In this document: piece by piece, positions 1 through 18,300 of the stretch | How the letters are laid out: every line of letters starts with the position of its first letter | Position numbering within the stretch: position 1 is the stretch's first letter | From: Azolla caroliniana | Lineage: Eukaryota; Plantae; Polypodiophyta | Assembly (NCBI GenBank): GCA_043228905.1 | Contig: JBHGNT010000009.1 | Span: 18,600,001 to 18,664,000, forward strand | Direction: 5' to 3' | DNA length: 64,000 nt | Made by a program: the position numbers and the translations under genes | Notes under the pieces: generated by a model | What the model was told of the DNA's origin: nothing | What the model saw: the letters and a program-made list of their open reading frames with translations, nothing else | Database searches by the model: none

Positions 1-867
1 AAAGCATCATACCAATGTGTGATACTTCGAGTCATGAACTTATCAAGGAAAACAAAATGCATAGCAAATGAGTATAATTGTCAGTGTCCCAACGCTCTAT
101 CTCAAATAAGAGAGCATGCGAGGTAAGTAATATGGAATCAATGTGTGTGTGTGGGTTGTAGACAAATGGATGGGTCGTAGCATGACATGGTGGTGAATAT
201 GGTTTCCTTGTGGTTTTGTACTTTGGTGCAACATATGCAATGTAATGTATAAAACGCGACTCTCCACATCTTTTGCAAGCCACAACAAAAACGCCTTATT
301 CACGAAGGTAAATCTCTCGCCCTCACTTTGGTTCAAAACAGGCTATTTGTTGAGATGAGTTTTATTTAGTTATTCAGTAGAGTCAAGCCATAATTGAGAT
401 GGGCTATAAGTTTAAACGATTTTGGAGACTTCGACAAATTCGAGATGGACAGGGCCGCGTTTGAACTGTTAAGAGACTGCGAGGTCATGAGTTCGATGCA
501 ACTGATGGGGTTGTGTGACAAAGTAGTTCATGAGAAGAGACATACAATGCAATCGAAGACGTGGTGAGAGGATAGATTTGAACAGACCGGTGTCTCATGC
601 CGGTGGTGTGAGTGAAAATAGATTGATTCACTAGTAGCCATGTAGGACCCGTAGTAGCGAGAGAGCAGAAAGAAAAAAGAAGAGGAGGCTATTCCTGCTC
701 TTTCTTTTTTGTGGAGGGGTATTTGGGGAATTATGGGAAACCAGGGGGAGAGGGGTATTTGTGGAATTAAGTGAAATCAGATGGAGAGGGGTATTTTGGG
801 GAATTAACAAAAACCTACAAATTCAATCCTCAGAGAACAAGAGGAGAGCAGAGCAGAGAACAGAGCG

Positions 868-3800
868 ATGGAGGGACGCCATGCCCTCTCTTCATCTTCG
901 TCGAGGTGAGTTATGTCTGTCTGATTACCCTGCCTCTTCTCTACAAACCACAGTGCGATCCTCCCGTCTCTCTCAAATCCTTCTGTTTTTTGTTGTTGTT
1001 GTCGTTTGTAATCTTTTCAGCTTCTTCTCCAATCAAACCATCTCTCTACCTCCTCACAGAAAAACCCTAAGAATCATATCATTCTCTTCTTCTTCTTCTT
1101 CCACACCAAATTTAACAGTAACCATTTCTTCATGTCATCACGAACAACAGAATGATGGAAAGAATGTCAGCAAGTCAGCTCCTAAAACGAGCCGAAGGTA
1201 ATTAGTTTAAAACAAGCGATCGATTCAGCTGGTTCTCTTATTCAATTCTCTCCCAAATCGTGTTTTTTGCTTCTCTCGAAAATGTGATCAGCTATAGCTA
1301 TGATCTGTATATTGAATGTTGGTTAATCTGCAGAGAAACCATTCTGCAAAGCAGTGGTGCTGCCATTCTTCTGGCTTTTGTCAACTTCAGGTATTCATTG
1401 TATTGAATTTGTGGTCAGTATACCTTTGTCAAGTTCACTTTGTGTTGAATTTGTGGTAAAAAGAGGAATTGATTGGTTTCTGTAATTTATATACATAATC
1501 GTATGGTCGATCACATATTCACTTATTGCCATAGAAGTATCTGTGGCAATTTTAATGATTTAGAGGCACTGAATGCCTTTTCCTAGGTTTTAGGTTAGGT
1601 CAATTTCCATTATCTTATTTTTATCATTTGATGCATTTCTTAAGAAGGATCTTATGCCATCTCATCTCGTGGTTGACTGGATGCCCAATGGCTATGGTGG
1701 TTCTAATAGTTAAGAGGCATTTGGCACCTTTTACTGAATGATTTTCTGTGTAGCATAGTGTGAATCCACCATTTTTTCAATAATATTAATTTTTACTAGG
1801 ACTATTAATGAGTAATGGTGTATATGTACAAGGTCTTATGGAAGGGTGTGAATGTAAACCTTAAAGGGCCTTATAGAGCAAATCCTCAATTGTCGCGCTT
1901 ACATATAAAGGCACAAACTAAAACCATCTAAACATATATTTGAGTGTGTGAGAGATATGGATAGATTCTATTATCGTCTTCGGAGGTCAAATATAACCTA
2001 TGATCTATGAGACCAATAATATTACATTTCACGTGATACATGTGAAAGTGAGTAATGACTCTCGATGTTGAAGAACTTTACCAATGAATGTTGCAATTGA
2101 GAGTGCCCATTGTGGTTGTGACAGAAATTTGTGCAAGGATTGGGCTTGGTCAATGATGTGTGGAAAGCATGGTTGAATATGATCAAAGGTAGAGCATTGT
2201 ATCAAAATGTGATACTTAGATTCTCGAACTTGTTTAGGGCAAAGTGTGTATAGTCGACCACTCTCATCACTTGTGCCCCAACGCCTCGTCTTACATCGCA
2301 ATGCATGTGAGCTCAGTTGCATGGACACAATGGTTTGAATGGCAAATAATGTGATGGGCTCTAACATGTATCAATGTGTACGGTTTTCTTGTTCTGCAAA
2401 GAATATGGTTTTGTAGTTAGGTGCAACATGTGTAGTATAATGTGTGAAGGATGAGCCTTTATGTTTGTCCCATGTCATGATACAATGGCGTTGCAAAAAG
2501 GCCTCATTTACAGAGGAATCTAATGATGCATCATGAAGCAAGTGTCTCACACCCCATCTACCAAACCACCCTTTTTTTATATCTTGCATCCAACCGGAAC
2601 ACAAATTTTGCTTTTATGTGTCTTTTGGATCTTTTTGCTTGCCTCCCATGCAATTCTAGGAAGTCGATGTGAGGGACTTTTTTGAACCTTAAGCATGTAT
2701 TCAACAACGATTTCCATGGCCATGATCTCAATGGGAGGCGATCCCGTCTCAAGGAGGAGGAGAGTGTATGGTGTTTGTTTCTTAACTTGTAGAAACTTTA
2801 TAAGAAAATGTTTTTTGACATTTTCAAACTCTTTCTAGGTAGATTTAAGGATACTACCACCCCATAGAGAAGCATCAGTGTCACCAAAGTGTCGAAAAGG
2901 TATTTCTTGAGGACCCAATGCTTAATATCTCCATGTTTGCATGTGTTCTCAAATGCATAATATGCTCGCTTTTTTGCCTCTATGCGGCGTGTAACACATC
3001 CATTCCATCTATGATTTGAAGGAACTTCAAGGCCAATTTGAAGCTTTCTGCACATTCAAGTGGCTTATTATTGTACATAATGCATGATTTATCTTTTTTT
3101 TGGCACTTCAGAAGTATAATCTTTGTTTAGATCTATTGACACTTAATTTAGTATGCATGCAATTTTTTTCTAATGCCTTCATAAGCTTTTGTGCATCTCC
3201 TAAAGTATTTGTAAATAGCACTACATCAACCATACATAGCAAAAACATAATGACAACATTCCCAATGACAACTTATTTAACACATTCTTCCGTTACAAAG
3301 TTGGCAACCATTTCTTCTAATTCATCAATGCATAGACCAAATAGAGTTGGTGAGAGAGGGCATCCTTGCTTAATACTAATAGTGCTATCAAAAAAATTTG
3401 AAAGTCTATCTCTCATATGCACACAACATATAACCTTCTCTTATATTCGGGAAATTGCAAGCATATATTTACTTGGCACCTCGAGTTCTTCCATTCACCT
3501 CCAAAGATGCTCACGAGGTACCGTATCAAAAGTTTTCTTGAAGTTTACGAAGTAATAATATAAACCTTTACCTCTAAGGTGACTTTTTTCCATTAATACT
3601 CGAAGGGTGACAAGTTGATCAATGGTGCTATGGTGTTTTCGAAAGCCAACTTGTTCGTAAGCTCTCTTATCATTTTTTTCAACCCATGCAATTATCTTTG
3701 ATTCCATTATACATCCAAATAGTTTTGCCATTAGTGAGCCAACCATAATGGTTCGATAGTTGTTTACATTATTTATATCTTCACCTTTTTGTAAAGGTTT

Positions 3801-6565
3801 GATCCAATGTGTAGTCCAATCGTACAACATACTATGTTATAATGCATGATTAAACATATTGCTTATCCATACATATGCTTCCTTTCCCGTCCATTGAGCA
3901 TTTCAACCTTAATACATTGAAGATCGTTTGCCTTTCGAGAGGCCAATTTTTTAAGTCCTATGCATATATCTTCAATTGTAAAGAAGGGAGACATATATGA
4001 AAGAGAACCATAACATATCATCTTTTCGGTAAGAGATAGCTCATATAAATTCTTACAATGCATAGATTAGTTGTGAAGAGTTAACTCACCATAACTCAAC
4101 ATGTTTCACCTTTATATTTCCCCAAAATTTAGCACATGCATGTGCTTTCTCTTGCATTTGGAGAAATTGTTTGAGTAACATCCCATATTCTTCTTCTCTT
4201 TCTTTGAATAAGCCTTTTGTACTCATGCAAATGCGTTTGGTAATTTTATTTATCCTTAACTACATCCAAGATCATAAGGCGCTTTTGAGATTCATGACAT
4301 TCTTTATCAAACCATTTTTTCTTTGAACTACATTGCTTGGTACATTTCCAAGATGTGTGGTTAGTTGAAAAACATTTGTTCAAGCATGAGAGAATGAAGT
4401 TCTTAAAAGCTTCCCATTTGCATTCTAGTGTGGCATCTTTGTCATTTGTAATATATCCTCAACCATCTTGGAATACATGGGCGCTTGGTTAAGGTTCATG
4501 CTCAAGAGAGAGAGAGGGGGAGAGAGAGCCCAAATGGATGTAACTCAGTTGGTAAGGTTGCCCAATGGAGGCTAGGTCACAATATGGTTTCATGTGGAAA
4601 AGAACTTCTAGATCTTGATGAGCTTCCTTATGTATGGTGGATGCTAGAAAACAGGCTAAGTTCAAGCAAGTTTTTCAGGGCCATGTTTGTTGAACTAATT
4701 AAGATAGTCATATTAATAGCATTATGAAGAACAAGCTTCTACAGGAATGGAAGAAAAGATTTTGTAGAGGACTATAGATGTTGCAGATGCAGACCTCTTT
4801 ATAGATTTGCAAGAATATATTGCAATGGTGCCTTGAGGACCGAGGTCTCCAGGATGTTGATTCGTCTCCAGAATATATTGCAATGGTGCCTTGAGGGCTA
4901 GATACATGTGTCCAAAGGATCAATGTACTGAAGGTCTTGCAACTTGTGGATGACTAGTCTGATACATTGTCTTTGGTGGATTTATTTACATCCAGATCAT
5001 GGAAAATCAGATTGCACACTTCAAGGTGGAATGTTAAAAGTTTTGGGATTAATGTAATGATGCATGAAAAAACTTGTTCAAAACTTGTCTGAGTGTCCCA
5101 GGCAAGGGAATCAAATCTCTTTTTTCAGAGAATAAGTATAAATGGATATTCTTTGTTTTGGTACGATAGAGAGTTGTATTGTTTCCTGCTTTGTGTGGAT
5201 CTATGTGGTATTCGAGGCAACATGCAAATTCACAAGTTTTAGGGTGTTTTAAGGTGACTTTTTAGGATGCAAGAATGGCTGGTATCTGCGTTGACTTTTT
5301 CTTCATGAGCTACTGTTATTGGTTGCATCCTGGACGTTTATTTTATCTTCATGTTAACCTAGCTTGGAACCTAGTTGAGGCATTTTCCATTTATCTTTGC
5401 TTTGCTTCAATAAAAGTTTGATCTAGGACATTCCTTACATATTTCTTTATTAGACATAGAACTAACTAACATTACTATACTCAATAAGATTGTATCCTGT
5501 TAATCTAAGAGGCTTAAGGTGTGGTGATGGGAATTTCTTCTCGCAAAGCATGACTATGCTATTGTTCTTGAGTTAAGTGTCCATTTGCCTGGATGTGAGA
5601 AGGTGTAGCAGGAATTCCGTATAAAGTTTATAACTGAAATAAAAGTGCATGCATTATCTCTCATTTTGCAGTGGTAAAAGGCCCAACTATCTTGGAGTAC
5701 AAAAGAATCCTCCTTCATTGGCTCTTTGTCCACCCACCCCGAATTGTATCTCGACCTCCGAGGAATTGAACGATCCAAACCATTTTGTGCCACCTTGGTG
5801 TGTATCCAAAACAATGAAACTTAGTAATGATTGTAGATTCATGATTGACAAGAGCACCATCCTCATTTTTCTCACTGTGCTTTGTAAGAGTAGGACTTAC
5901 AACCCAGAGGATGGCCGGGGGAAAAAAAAACCGGTGTCCAGAGAACAAGCAATGAATGAGCTTTTGGAAGTGGTAAATGTTACAATCTCATTATATATAT
6001 ATATATATATAATGTAAAACTAACAGTATTTGTAGAATTCTCTATCTACATATTGCGAACAATAGGATGTAATATGTATTTCAAGAAGCAAACCAGTTAA
6101 TCACACCTAATGATGTGTTTTGGAAGATCAAGTCTACCAAACCAGATAATTTCACTCCCAGGATTGTAGAACAAAGGGATGATTATGTGTATGTAGAATA
6201 TGAGAGCCCATTGCTCGGGGTAAGTCTATCAATACCATGCCTTCTCATATATTTCTTTTAATTTTAAACTCGAATCCACTATTCTGAATCGTGACAGATT
6301 TATACAGTTTATAGACGATGTGGAGTTCTGGTTTCCCCCAGGGAATCGGTCATTAGTTGAATACCGTTCTGCCTCACGCATTGGAAAGACAGATTTTGAT
6401 ATCAATCGAAAGCGAATAAGGGTATTTATCTACCTTTCACTCACTGAATCAATCCCTATTGTTTTGTTAACGGCTTTTGGTGTGACTGACATTAAAACCC
6501 CTCATTCGTTGCAGGCTCTAAGATTGGCACTGGAAAAGAAGGGCTGGCAATCAGTTGGCTTTTGA
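868..6565 (+). CDS. DUF1499-family chloroplast protein (At3g60810-like), 8 exons
   Basis: Exons 868-905, 1021-1197, 1334-1390, 5672-5797, 5894-5972, 6127-6219, 6308-6421, 6515-6565, all GT-AG and in phase. Ser-rich transit-like N-terminus, then SRRETILQ..FSGKRPNYLGVQKNPPSLALCPPTPNCISTSE..DDVEFWF..VEYRSASR..LEKKGW. Confidence 0.9.
1950..4506 (-). mobile_element. 5'-truncated, degraded RTEX-like LINE in intron 3 of the DUF1499 gene
   Basis: Broken RT ORFs (3495-3830, 2798-3055, 2029-2367) are colinear with and closely similar to the LINE at 34.3-38.3 kb; same 3' end (CCTCCGAAGACGATAAT...ATCT). Confidence 0.9.
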
Positions 6566-7874
6566 TCTGTATAAAGGCGCATGCATTCGATGTAGTTTTC
6601 TTTTTTGAAATCCAATCTCAATATCAATACCCAATGTTTATTTGAATGGAATGTATGGCGATTCATATTGGAATAACATACTAATATGAAATGTTTGAAA
6701 GATGATAATCATCAATCCTTACTGTCTTTCCATTCATTGAATGGCTCTCAAAATGTTGTCGGACTCAGCCATATTTGGCAATTTTATTTGTGAAGACGTA
6801 TCTCTCGTTTCTCACAATTATTGGGTTTCGTTTGCAGTGTTGTTTTACATCAATCCCCTCACTTTGTGATATAAAGTGTGGCATTTTGGGGTGGTGTCCA
6901 ATTCTTGAAAGATTGATCTCATCAAACTTCACCTAAATTTCAACCCCCTTTGTTCAGAATTGATTGTATAAGTACCTATTCAGTATGATTGAGGGCAAAG
7001 ACATCCTTCGTAATATTGCAAATGTAGACATGCTGTCCAATTATGTGAAAGAGTTGATGTTGAGTGTAAGGTTATGTTGTATTGGAGGAAGAAGCTCAAA
7101 GAAACTGTGCAAAAAGTGTGAACTCAGAGCAAAATAAAAAGATGCAATCAAGTTATTGGATGCACTTATGAGAAGCAATGAGAGTAGATCGATGATTGAG
7201 CACATGCCAATCAATGGTCATTACGAGAAAGAGAAGGCATATGAAATGAAGAGTAGGAACATTCTATGAGATTTGACCTAGCCCATAGCAAGGGTCGAAC
7301 ATTGGGTTCTCTCAATTTTATGGTTTTGATGTGAGGAAGAGATAGAGAAGTTAGTTTGAATGCCATGTAGGAAATAAGGTATGACCTTTTCCACTAAAGA
7401 GGATGAGATAGAACCATAGAAGTGTTGAGACAATGTCTCAAGATGGACAATACCTACATCACTAGAAAGTTGAGCATTGAACCATAGGCATTGGACAATA
7501 CCTACATTTGTTTGATGATTTGTTCTTGTTAATTTTCCATAGGTAACTCTCCAAGAGGAGGGAGTCAAGCATTGAGATAATTATGATTCAAATGAAGTTG
7601 GAGAGGGAACACTCACTAAGAGTAGTTATGATTTAATTTGATATAGCAATGTCATTATTTATTATCTTTGTTGGGGTTTGGTTAGAGTATTTCTTGTTTG
7701 TGTTTTCTAATTTGGTTCTTTGACTCATTGTTTGTTGCAGAGGTGTTATAGTTGCACCATGATAATCTTGGTCTATTCTTTAAATATATCCTATTTGTCA
7801 TTATTATCTATCCACTTTTCATTGAGTCACATTGTTTGGTTAATTTTGGAAAATTTGTTGTTGATAGAACTAAA

Positions 7875-7947
7875 GATCCTATGGCCTAATTAATAAGGCG
7901 TTGGTATTTGAAACCAAAGATTCAAGGTTCGACCCCTAGTAAGATTG
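7875..7947 (+). pseudogene. tRNA-Arg-derived pseudogene (anticodon TTG, probably decayed from TCG)
   Basis: 73-nt tRNA-Arg-like body; D-loop GG lost (AATTAATA), acceptor mismatch, B-box GGTTCGACCCC kept. Confidence 0.75.
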
Positions 7948-8239
7948 GTTTAGAGACATGATCCTAGTCTACGAGATCAAAATTATGACAATCAAGAATC
8001 ATGAACTCATGATGCACATTCATTGCAATTGTCTAGAAAGTGTGATTTGATATCTATTGTTTCGGTTGAAGGCATTCATTTACGAGGACGATGTTATTTA
8101 GGGAAAGGAAATGGTTTATTTGACACAAATTCCTCATTAAAAGTCTATTCGACATGCTTGCACAAGGATTTTGTCAAATCTTGTTCTTGCATTTGAATTA
8201 GATCCAGAAATGAAGTATAATTTTAAACAAAAAACCAAA

Positions 8240-8312
8240 GATCCTATGGCCCAATGGATAAGGCGCTAGTCTACGGAACCAGAGATTCTAGGTTCAATCC
8301 CTCGTAGGATCG
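8240..8312 (+). tRNA. tRNA-Arg(ACG), possibly a pseudogene
   Basis: Perfect 7-bp acceptor GATCCTA/TAGGATC, A-box TGGCCCAATGG, ACG at 8273-8275. Single mismatches in anticodon and T stems; no oligo-T terminator directly downstream. Confidence 0.7.
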
Positions 8313-9050
8313 ATTCAGATTAGGTTCCCCGTTGGGAGGTTAGCAATACAATGATGGTGAAGCATTGAGTAATGTTGCACAATAAATACATCTATGTGGA
8401 AGGTCTAATATTATGTGTTTGAACGTAATCATCAACTGGGATGACGTCATCTATAGATTAGAAATCGTTTGTCCCTGGAACATATTAACAAGTGCTTTCT
8501 TGCTTGGGCTCATTGTGCCTTGATTTGGTCTCGTTTGAGTACAAGTTAGTAGAGGCAAGGATTTGATGGCACCTTGTTGTTGTATGATGTGTATTTGAAT
8601 GTGGTCATCAGGTAGGATGATGTCGTTTAAATATTAGAAATTTGTTTGAGGTAATCTAGATGAATACCACCATTAAATAGTCGCATATCTGGTACTTCTG
8701 ATTTGATTAGAGTATAATATTCAAGATTCAAACATGCAAAGTGATGTATGAGTGGAAGAATCTAGTTGTTGGTATGATGAGACAAGAACATTATCTATAG
8801 ATTAGAGATTGACGGTTTGAACCAAGAGCTCTTGTTAAAGGTCATCTTTATGGTCATGCTTCTCTATGGATTACATATTATCACATGCGTTTATCCAATA
8901 AATCCTTTGAAGTTCACCTCCGTAAAATGAAGAGTAATATAATGGTAATATGAAAAACAAGAGATCCTATTAAAAATGTGATGGATAAAAATGAGATGAG
9001 AAATAATAGTTCCTATATGTTCATGTGTGTTTTTAAAATAAAAAATCAAA

Positions 9051-9123
9051 GATCCTATGGCCTAATGGATGAGGCGTTGGTCTTCAAAACCAAAGACTCT
9101 AGGTTCAATCCCAAGTGGGATCA
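9051..9123 (+). tRNA. tRNA-Arg body with TCA anticodon (opal-suppressor-like or pseudogene)
   Basis: Acceptor GATCCTA/TGGGATC, D stem GCCT/AGGC, anticodon stem TTGGT/ACCAA, loop CT-TCA-AA (TCA 9084-9086), T stem with one mismatch. Confidence 0.6.
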
Positions 9124-10474
9124 ACTTAGAGTCATGATCCTAGTCTACAAGATTAAAATTACAATGATAAAGAATTGTGGACTTGTGATGTACATTTGTT
9201 GTAACTGTATAGAAAGTGTGATCTTATACCTATTGTTTCAATCGAATGCATTCATTTACTAGGGCGATGTTGTTTAGGGAAAAGAAATGGTTTATTTGAA
9301 ACAAATTCCTCATTAAAAGTCTATTCAACAAGAACATCATCTGTAGATTAGAGATTGACAATTTGAAACAAAAGCTCCTATATGGGTGAACCAACCATAT
9401 TGAAACTTAATACTGTGTCATACAAGAACTCATTTTTGATGAAAAGGTGAAGTTGGAGCATCGTTCATTGGTGAATAAATGTAGGGATCTTGTTACAAAA
9501 CTCTTGGAACTTGGGCAAATTAAAAAGAAAGTGTTGGAGAAATGTAGTTAATAAATACCAGCAAGTTGATGAAGAGCAGAATGATATGAATAATTAAAAT
9601 ATGTGGAAATTCTTCTTGAAAGAAATGTATGTGGATTGACTGTAAATTACTATGCTTAAGCAACTACTTTTAAAGTAGTTAATAACATATGATACCTTGA
9701 TGGATTGCTATGACTCATGTGTATTCTATATATAAATTATGAGCAATAAGATGCTTTAGGACAAAGTGATTCAAGGCCTATAAGGTGTGTATTGGTCAAT
9801 AATACAGAAAATCTCATGTGTCCAGGTGAGTGGCATGCTCAGTGTATAAGGCTTATTAAAATACATTATTGCTTCTAGATAGAATAGGTTGTTTTGTCTA
9901 AACATATACATATATATGCAGTAATAATACATGTATTATGTGTTTATTTTGATAATTTCATAAGGTTATACTATTTATGTTATGTGTTAGGAAAGAGATG
10001 CCTTAATGCTTCTGATAGATCCAATCACTAGTAACCAGCAAAGTGGTATTTTAGCTATATGGGCAAAGAAGTCATGTCATGATGATGATGGTATTCATAT
10101 CAACATACGGGCAAAAGTTTTATTGGCAGGTTTATCCAATGCAAAAGCATAAGTCTGCACAATGCACCATGTTAAAGACTGGATATCATGGTTTTTCCCA
10201 TGAGATTACAAGGAACAAGCTCTATAGAGAAAACCATCATGAAATGCATGCTTCTGAAAACCCTCGAGGAAAAGAAACAGAATCTATAATGGGGTTTTAT
10301 ATAGTGTTTAAAAGCATTTCTACTACTTTCTTTGATTTTCAATCATGATACTAGTGCTTGTTAGTGGACAGGGGTGCAAATGAAGATTATGTAAACGCCA
10401 AAATTTACAAATGATTGCTTGCACAAATTAGTGTGGTCAGATACAAATATTTGTACAAAAATAAAGAGTGTCTC

Positions 10475-14632
<4,158 letters not shown>

Positions 14633-15139
14633 GACCACATATTTTTGTATTAGAGAGAGAAGGAGAGGTGAAGAGTGAGTGATATTTGGTGTAACAAAGA
14701 AATGAAGAATTGAACCCATGACCTTGAGGTGGCTACCTACTACTAAAGTTAGCTCAGATTATTCTTATTTGGCTTCTTAATAATACATTGATCAATCATT
14801 CTTATAATTTGTTGAGGTTGATTTGAAAAATTGAACACTTAACGACATCCGCAAAAGCAATCAATTTAAGGTTTATCTGAACAATTGAGAGTTACAATCA
14901 ATTAAGGTTGATTTGTTGTCATTTGTGTTGAGGCTGAGGTGGGCGAATGAGTGCATTCGTGTTTATGATTTCGGGTATATGTTGAGACCAACATGGATGA
15001 GAACAGAAAGCAAGGATCTGACAATAGTTATTCTTGTTGGAGTCATCACTCGCGTGATGCACAACTGGAATGAGCACGATTCTAGTACAATGTGGAGGTT
15101 ACGATTAGTGAATACGACGAGGTGACACCAAACCACTAT

Positions 15140-15330
15140 CATTTGGTTGTCAAGCTTGTGTCCACATGCCTAAAGATTTGTGCATTGAACTCGATCTGAA
15201 GTCGAGAAATTGCATTTTTGTTGGTATATAGCCATGATGCCAAGTTTGGATATCACGTGTCAGACCCAATTACTAAGACTGTTATCCAGAACAACAACGT
15301 AGTCTTCTACAAAGAGAAGGTGCATTGGTG
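15140..15330 (+). mobile_element. Degraded Ty1/Copia fragment (post-integrase region)
   Basis: HMPKDL..ELDLKSRNCI..YSHDAKFGY..DP..K.VI....VVF resembles KLDPK..CIFLGY..GYR.WDP. Confidence 0.6.
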
Positions 15331-18300
15331 CCCAACAAAGGCCATATATAGTATGGAGGGTGAGGTTCATCATCCTACCAATCTACCGAACAGAAAGTCA
15401 GTCGAAAGGTAACACCTTGAACAAAAGATGAGTGTCAAGCCACGATAATAGAATGTAAGACTTGGGCCAATTGACTCAACTAGAGCAAACCAAATAGGTA
15501 AGTCTTTGAGGATGTCAAAGAGAGGACTAGCACTTTGGATCGTTGGCACTATAAATGCACATCAATAGTTGTGTAGAGGATCCTAATGAAGCATATTTGA
15601 GCAAACCTAAATAATCATGATGCTCCTCTATTCTACATGCGACATTGTTGATAGGGTGCTCTCACCCTTGACATTTGAATTTTGTGTTATCACTTCGTCC
15701 AACCTTTTCTACATCTTAGCTTGTCAAAGGGAGAATAAGATTTTTGAGGGCCAGGGAACCATACTACATATTCAACTTACTTCCATTGATGAAGTTTGGA
15801 AGGTATTGCTCATCAAATCTCTTTGGTTTGTAAGCATTAATCATTGTGATGTGAGTAATCATGTATGTGCCTTCACATCCAAGCTTTAGTTTTTACGTGT
15901 GTCACTTTGAAGAGAATGTGAGTATCATATATTGTTCTTCTAGATCATTGTTTGTTGTTTTGTTATTATGGCGTACCTTATAGTGTTGTGATGTTGTGTG
16001 TAACAAGGGATGAAACTATAGAAAATATGTTGTACAAAGCAATAACTCAAATGGTAAGCGAAAGCCTATGATATCAAACTTGTTGGGTTAAATTACTTCG
16101 ACTATAGAATCCTAATGAGTTTCCTTCTTCATGGTGGGCTATTTGAGGGATTGGGGGTGTCATTTCTCGATGGTGAAGATCACGTCATACTTCAATACAT
16201 ATAAGCACTTACCTCACAACTCCATGGAAGCCTTGAAGGCTTCTTAAGGTAAACTAAAATTAAGACACCTATGTCCATTAAGAAATATGTTTGTCTTAAT
16301 TAAATAGATAGTTAATAGATAAGAATCATATGAGATGTCTCAATTAAATAGATAATTGCAAAGTTAAAAAAACAAGTATATCTCAATTAATTATTGTGGA
16401 AAATCTACATGGAGAAAAGTTGCTCTTATAGGATCTAAGAGCCACTAAATTGGGCCATCCAAACATAACCCTAAACTTGTGACACCCAAACGCCCTTTTT
16501 ACATGAGAGTTCTTGTTCATTTATCTAAGTTGGAAACCTTAAAGGTTCCTTTCACATTATGAGCCCATCAAGCATTAACCATTGCTAGCTAATAAAAGGT
16601 AGTTCTCCAAAATTTATAATATGACCATGCTTGACCAATATTTTGCATTAGAAATATTAAGCCTCATAGAGTTCTTAAGACTAAAGAATACCACGTTATT
16701 TTCCTTGGTAACGAGTTTAAGTGGCCATGTTGACAGACCCCAAAGTGAAAGACTATGGGAAAATCCCAAACTTTTATTCTATCAAGAAATTCTGGAATTA
16801 ATTGACTTATTAGTTTAAAATAAATTTACAAGAGGAGAGGAAGATTTAGTTTAGGTCATACTATATGAGTGTTAGTAGCTCGAGAGTTCTTGTTGCCCTC
16901 TCTTGCCCATTTCACCAACAAGACAATAAATGATGATAAAGAGGATAATATATGAGTGTTAGTAGCTCAAGAGTTATTGATGACCACTCTTGACCATTTT
17001 GCCAGCAAAAGGGTAAATGATGGTAAGGAGGATAATATAGGAGGGTTCTTCATGACATTGATGACCACTCTTGACCATTTCGCCAACAAAAGAGTAAATG
17101 ACGATGTGGCCCCAACACACAACTTTGATAAGGAAATAAAACTCCAATAAAGAGAAAGATGTGTTCTTGCATCTAGAATCAACACAAAGGGGTCAATGTG
17201 TGCCATAAGGGAGTTTTTTGGCGTTCATGACACTTGTCCCATCATTTCATGTTCTCATGGATGTCCTTGAAGAGTGTCAGCCACCATAACCAACATGGAG
17301 TATCTTCCTAGAGTTGACTTCAACACTACAATGTTTGCCTTTGCTCCTATAATGTGTCAACTTTGAGCATGATAAACTATGCCAACTTTGAGCATTTTCT
17401 CAATCTCATCCATTACTTGTTGTGCATATTGGTCTACATTGTTGTCTAATCGGTAACACGTTTTGTCTCTTGTGGATGTTGTGCATGACCACCTTTAGCG
17501 GTATCCCTTTCATATCCATGTACTCCATGCCAATAAGTCTTAAAATTGTGTGAGAAGTGTAATTAGTGTTTCCTCCTATTGATCCATTAGGTCGACTACA
17601 ATGAGCATCGCATTATGGTTTTCTTCATCTCCTTGATTGTTTCCTTGACCTTAACAAGGCCATCAAATGCAATCTTGGAACCTTATGATTTCCTACTTTG
17701 TCCAAGCCATTTTATTAGTTGAGACCTAGATTGTTCAAAATTCAAAATGGTCATGGAAATCCACACTATTGACTTAACTACTTTGTTTCTAGGTTAGTTT
17801 TTAGGTTTCTTTATGACTTGCTTTGGTGCCTTCACACTATGCATTGGTACATTTAGTCTTATGTTTGGTCCTATGGATATTTAATTCCTTTGTCATGGCT
17901 AAGAGCTCTAGAGTTGTGCATGGTTGGGTGAAACCACCAAGGTTCTGAACTAGGAGATGGTTGGATTATTTTCATGGGGAAGAGTTTGTACGATGATAGA
18001 AGTTGAGAGTGTGTTTTATGCTCTAATTGAGATATTTGACTAGTATTAGTATAGTTAAGAAGTTAATTAGGACATATCTATTAAAATCGATAGAGATCAA
18101 GATTATAAATAATATTAGGTTAGATTAGACTCGATTTGAGTTGTATGGCTTGTGGAATGGTTATAAAATAGAATTATTTGAATTGATAAGACTGATAAAC
18201 TAGTAATCAACTAAAAAAATTCACCCTCCTAATGGAACATGGTTACCTTTTTACATGCTTGTCTCATGCTTATTTATTTTATCTTGTTCTTCACTAAATG

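Noticed and set aside
32-336. Short minus-strand ORFs, one with CKRC
   Set aside because: No recognisable family or supportable exon structure.
4540-4600. tRNA A-box-like GTAACTCAGTTGGTAAG (similar motif near 16043)
   Set aside because: No good B-box or cloverleaf; at most decayed SINE heads.
8345-8705. Possible C/D snoRNAs behind the tRNA
   Set aside because: C/D boxes are imperfect and no rRNA guide was recognisable; needs an Rfam search.
9051-9123. tRNA-Sec
   Set aside because: 73-nt class I body with short variable loop and Arg-type sequence; lacks the long variable arm and extended acceptor of tRNA-Sec.
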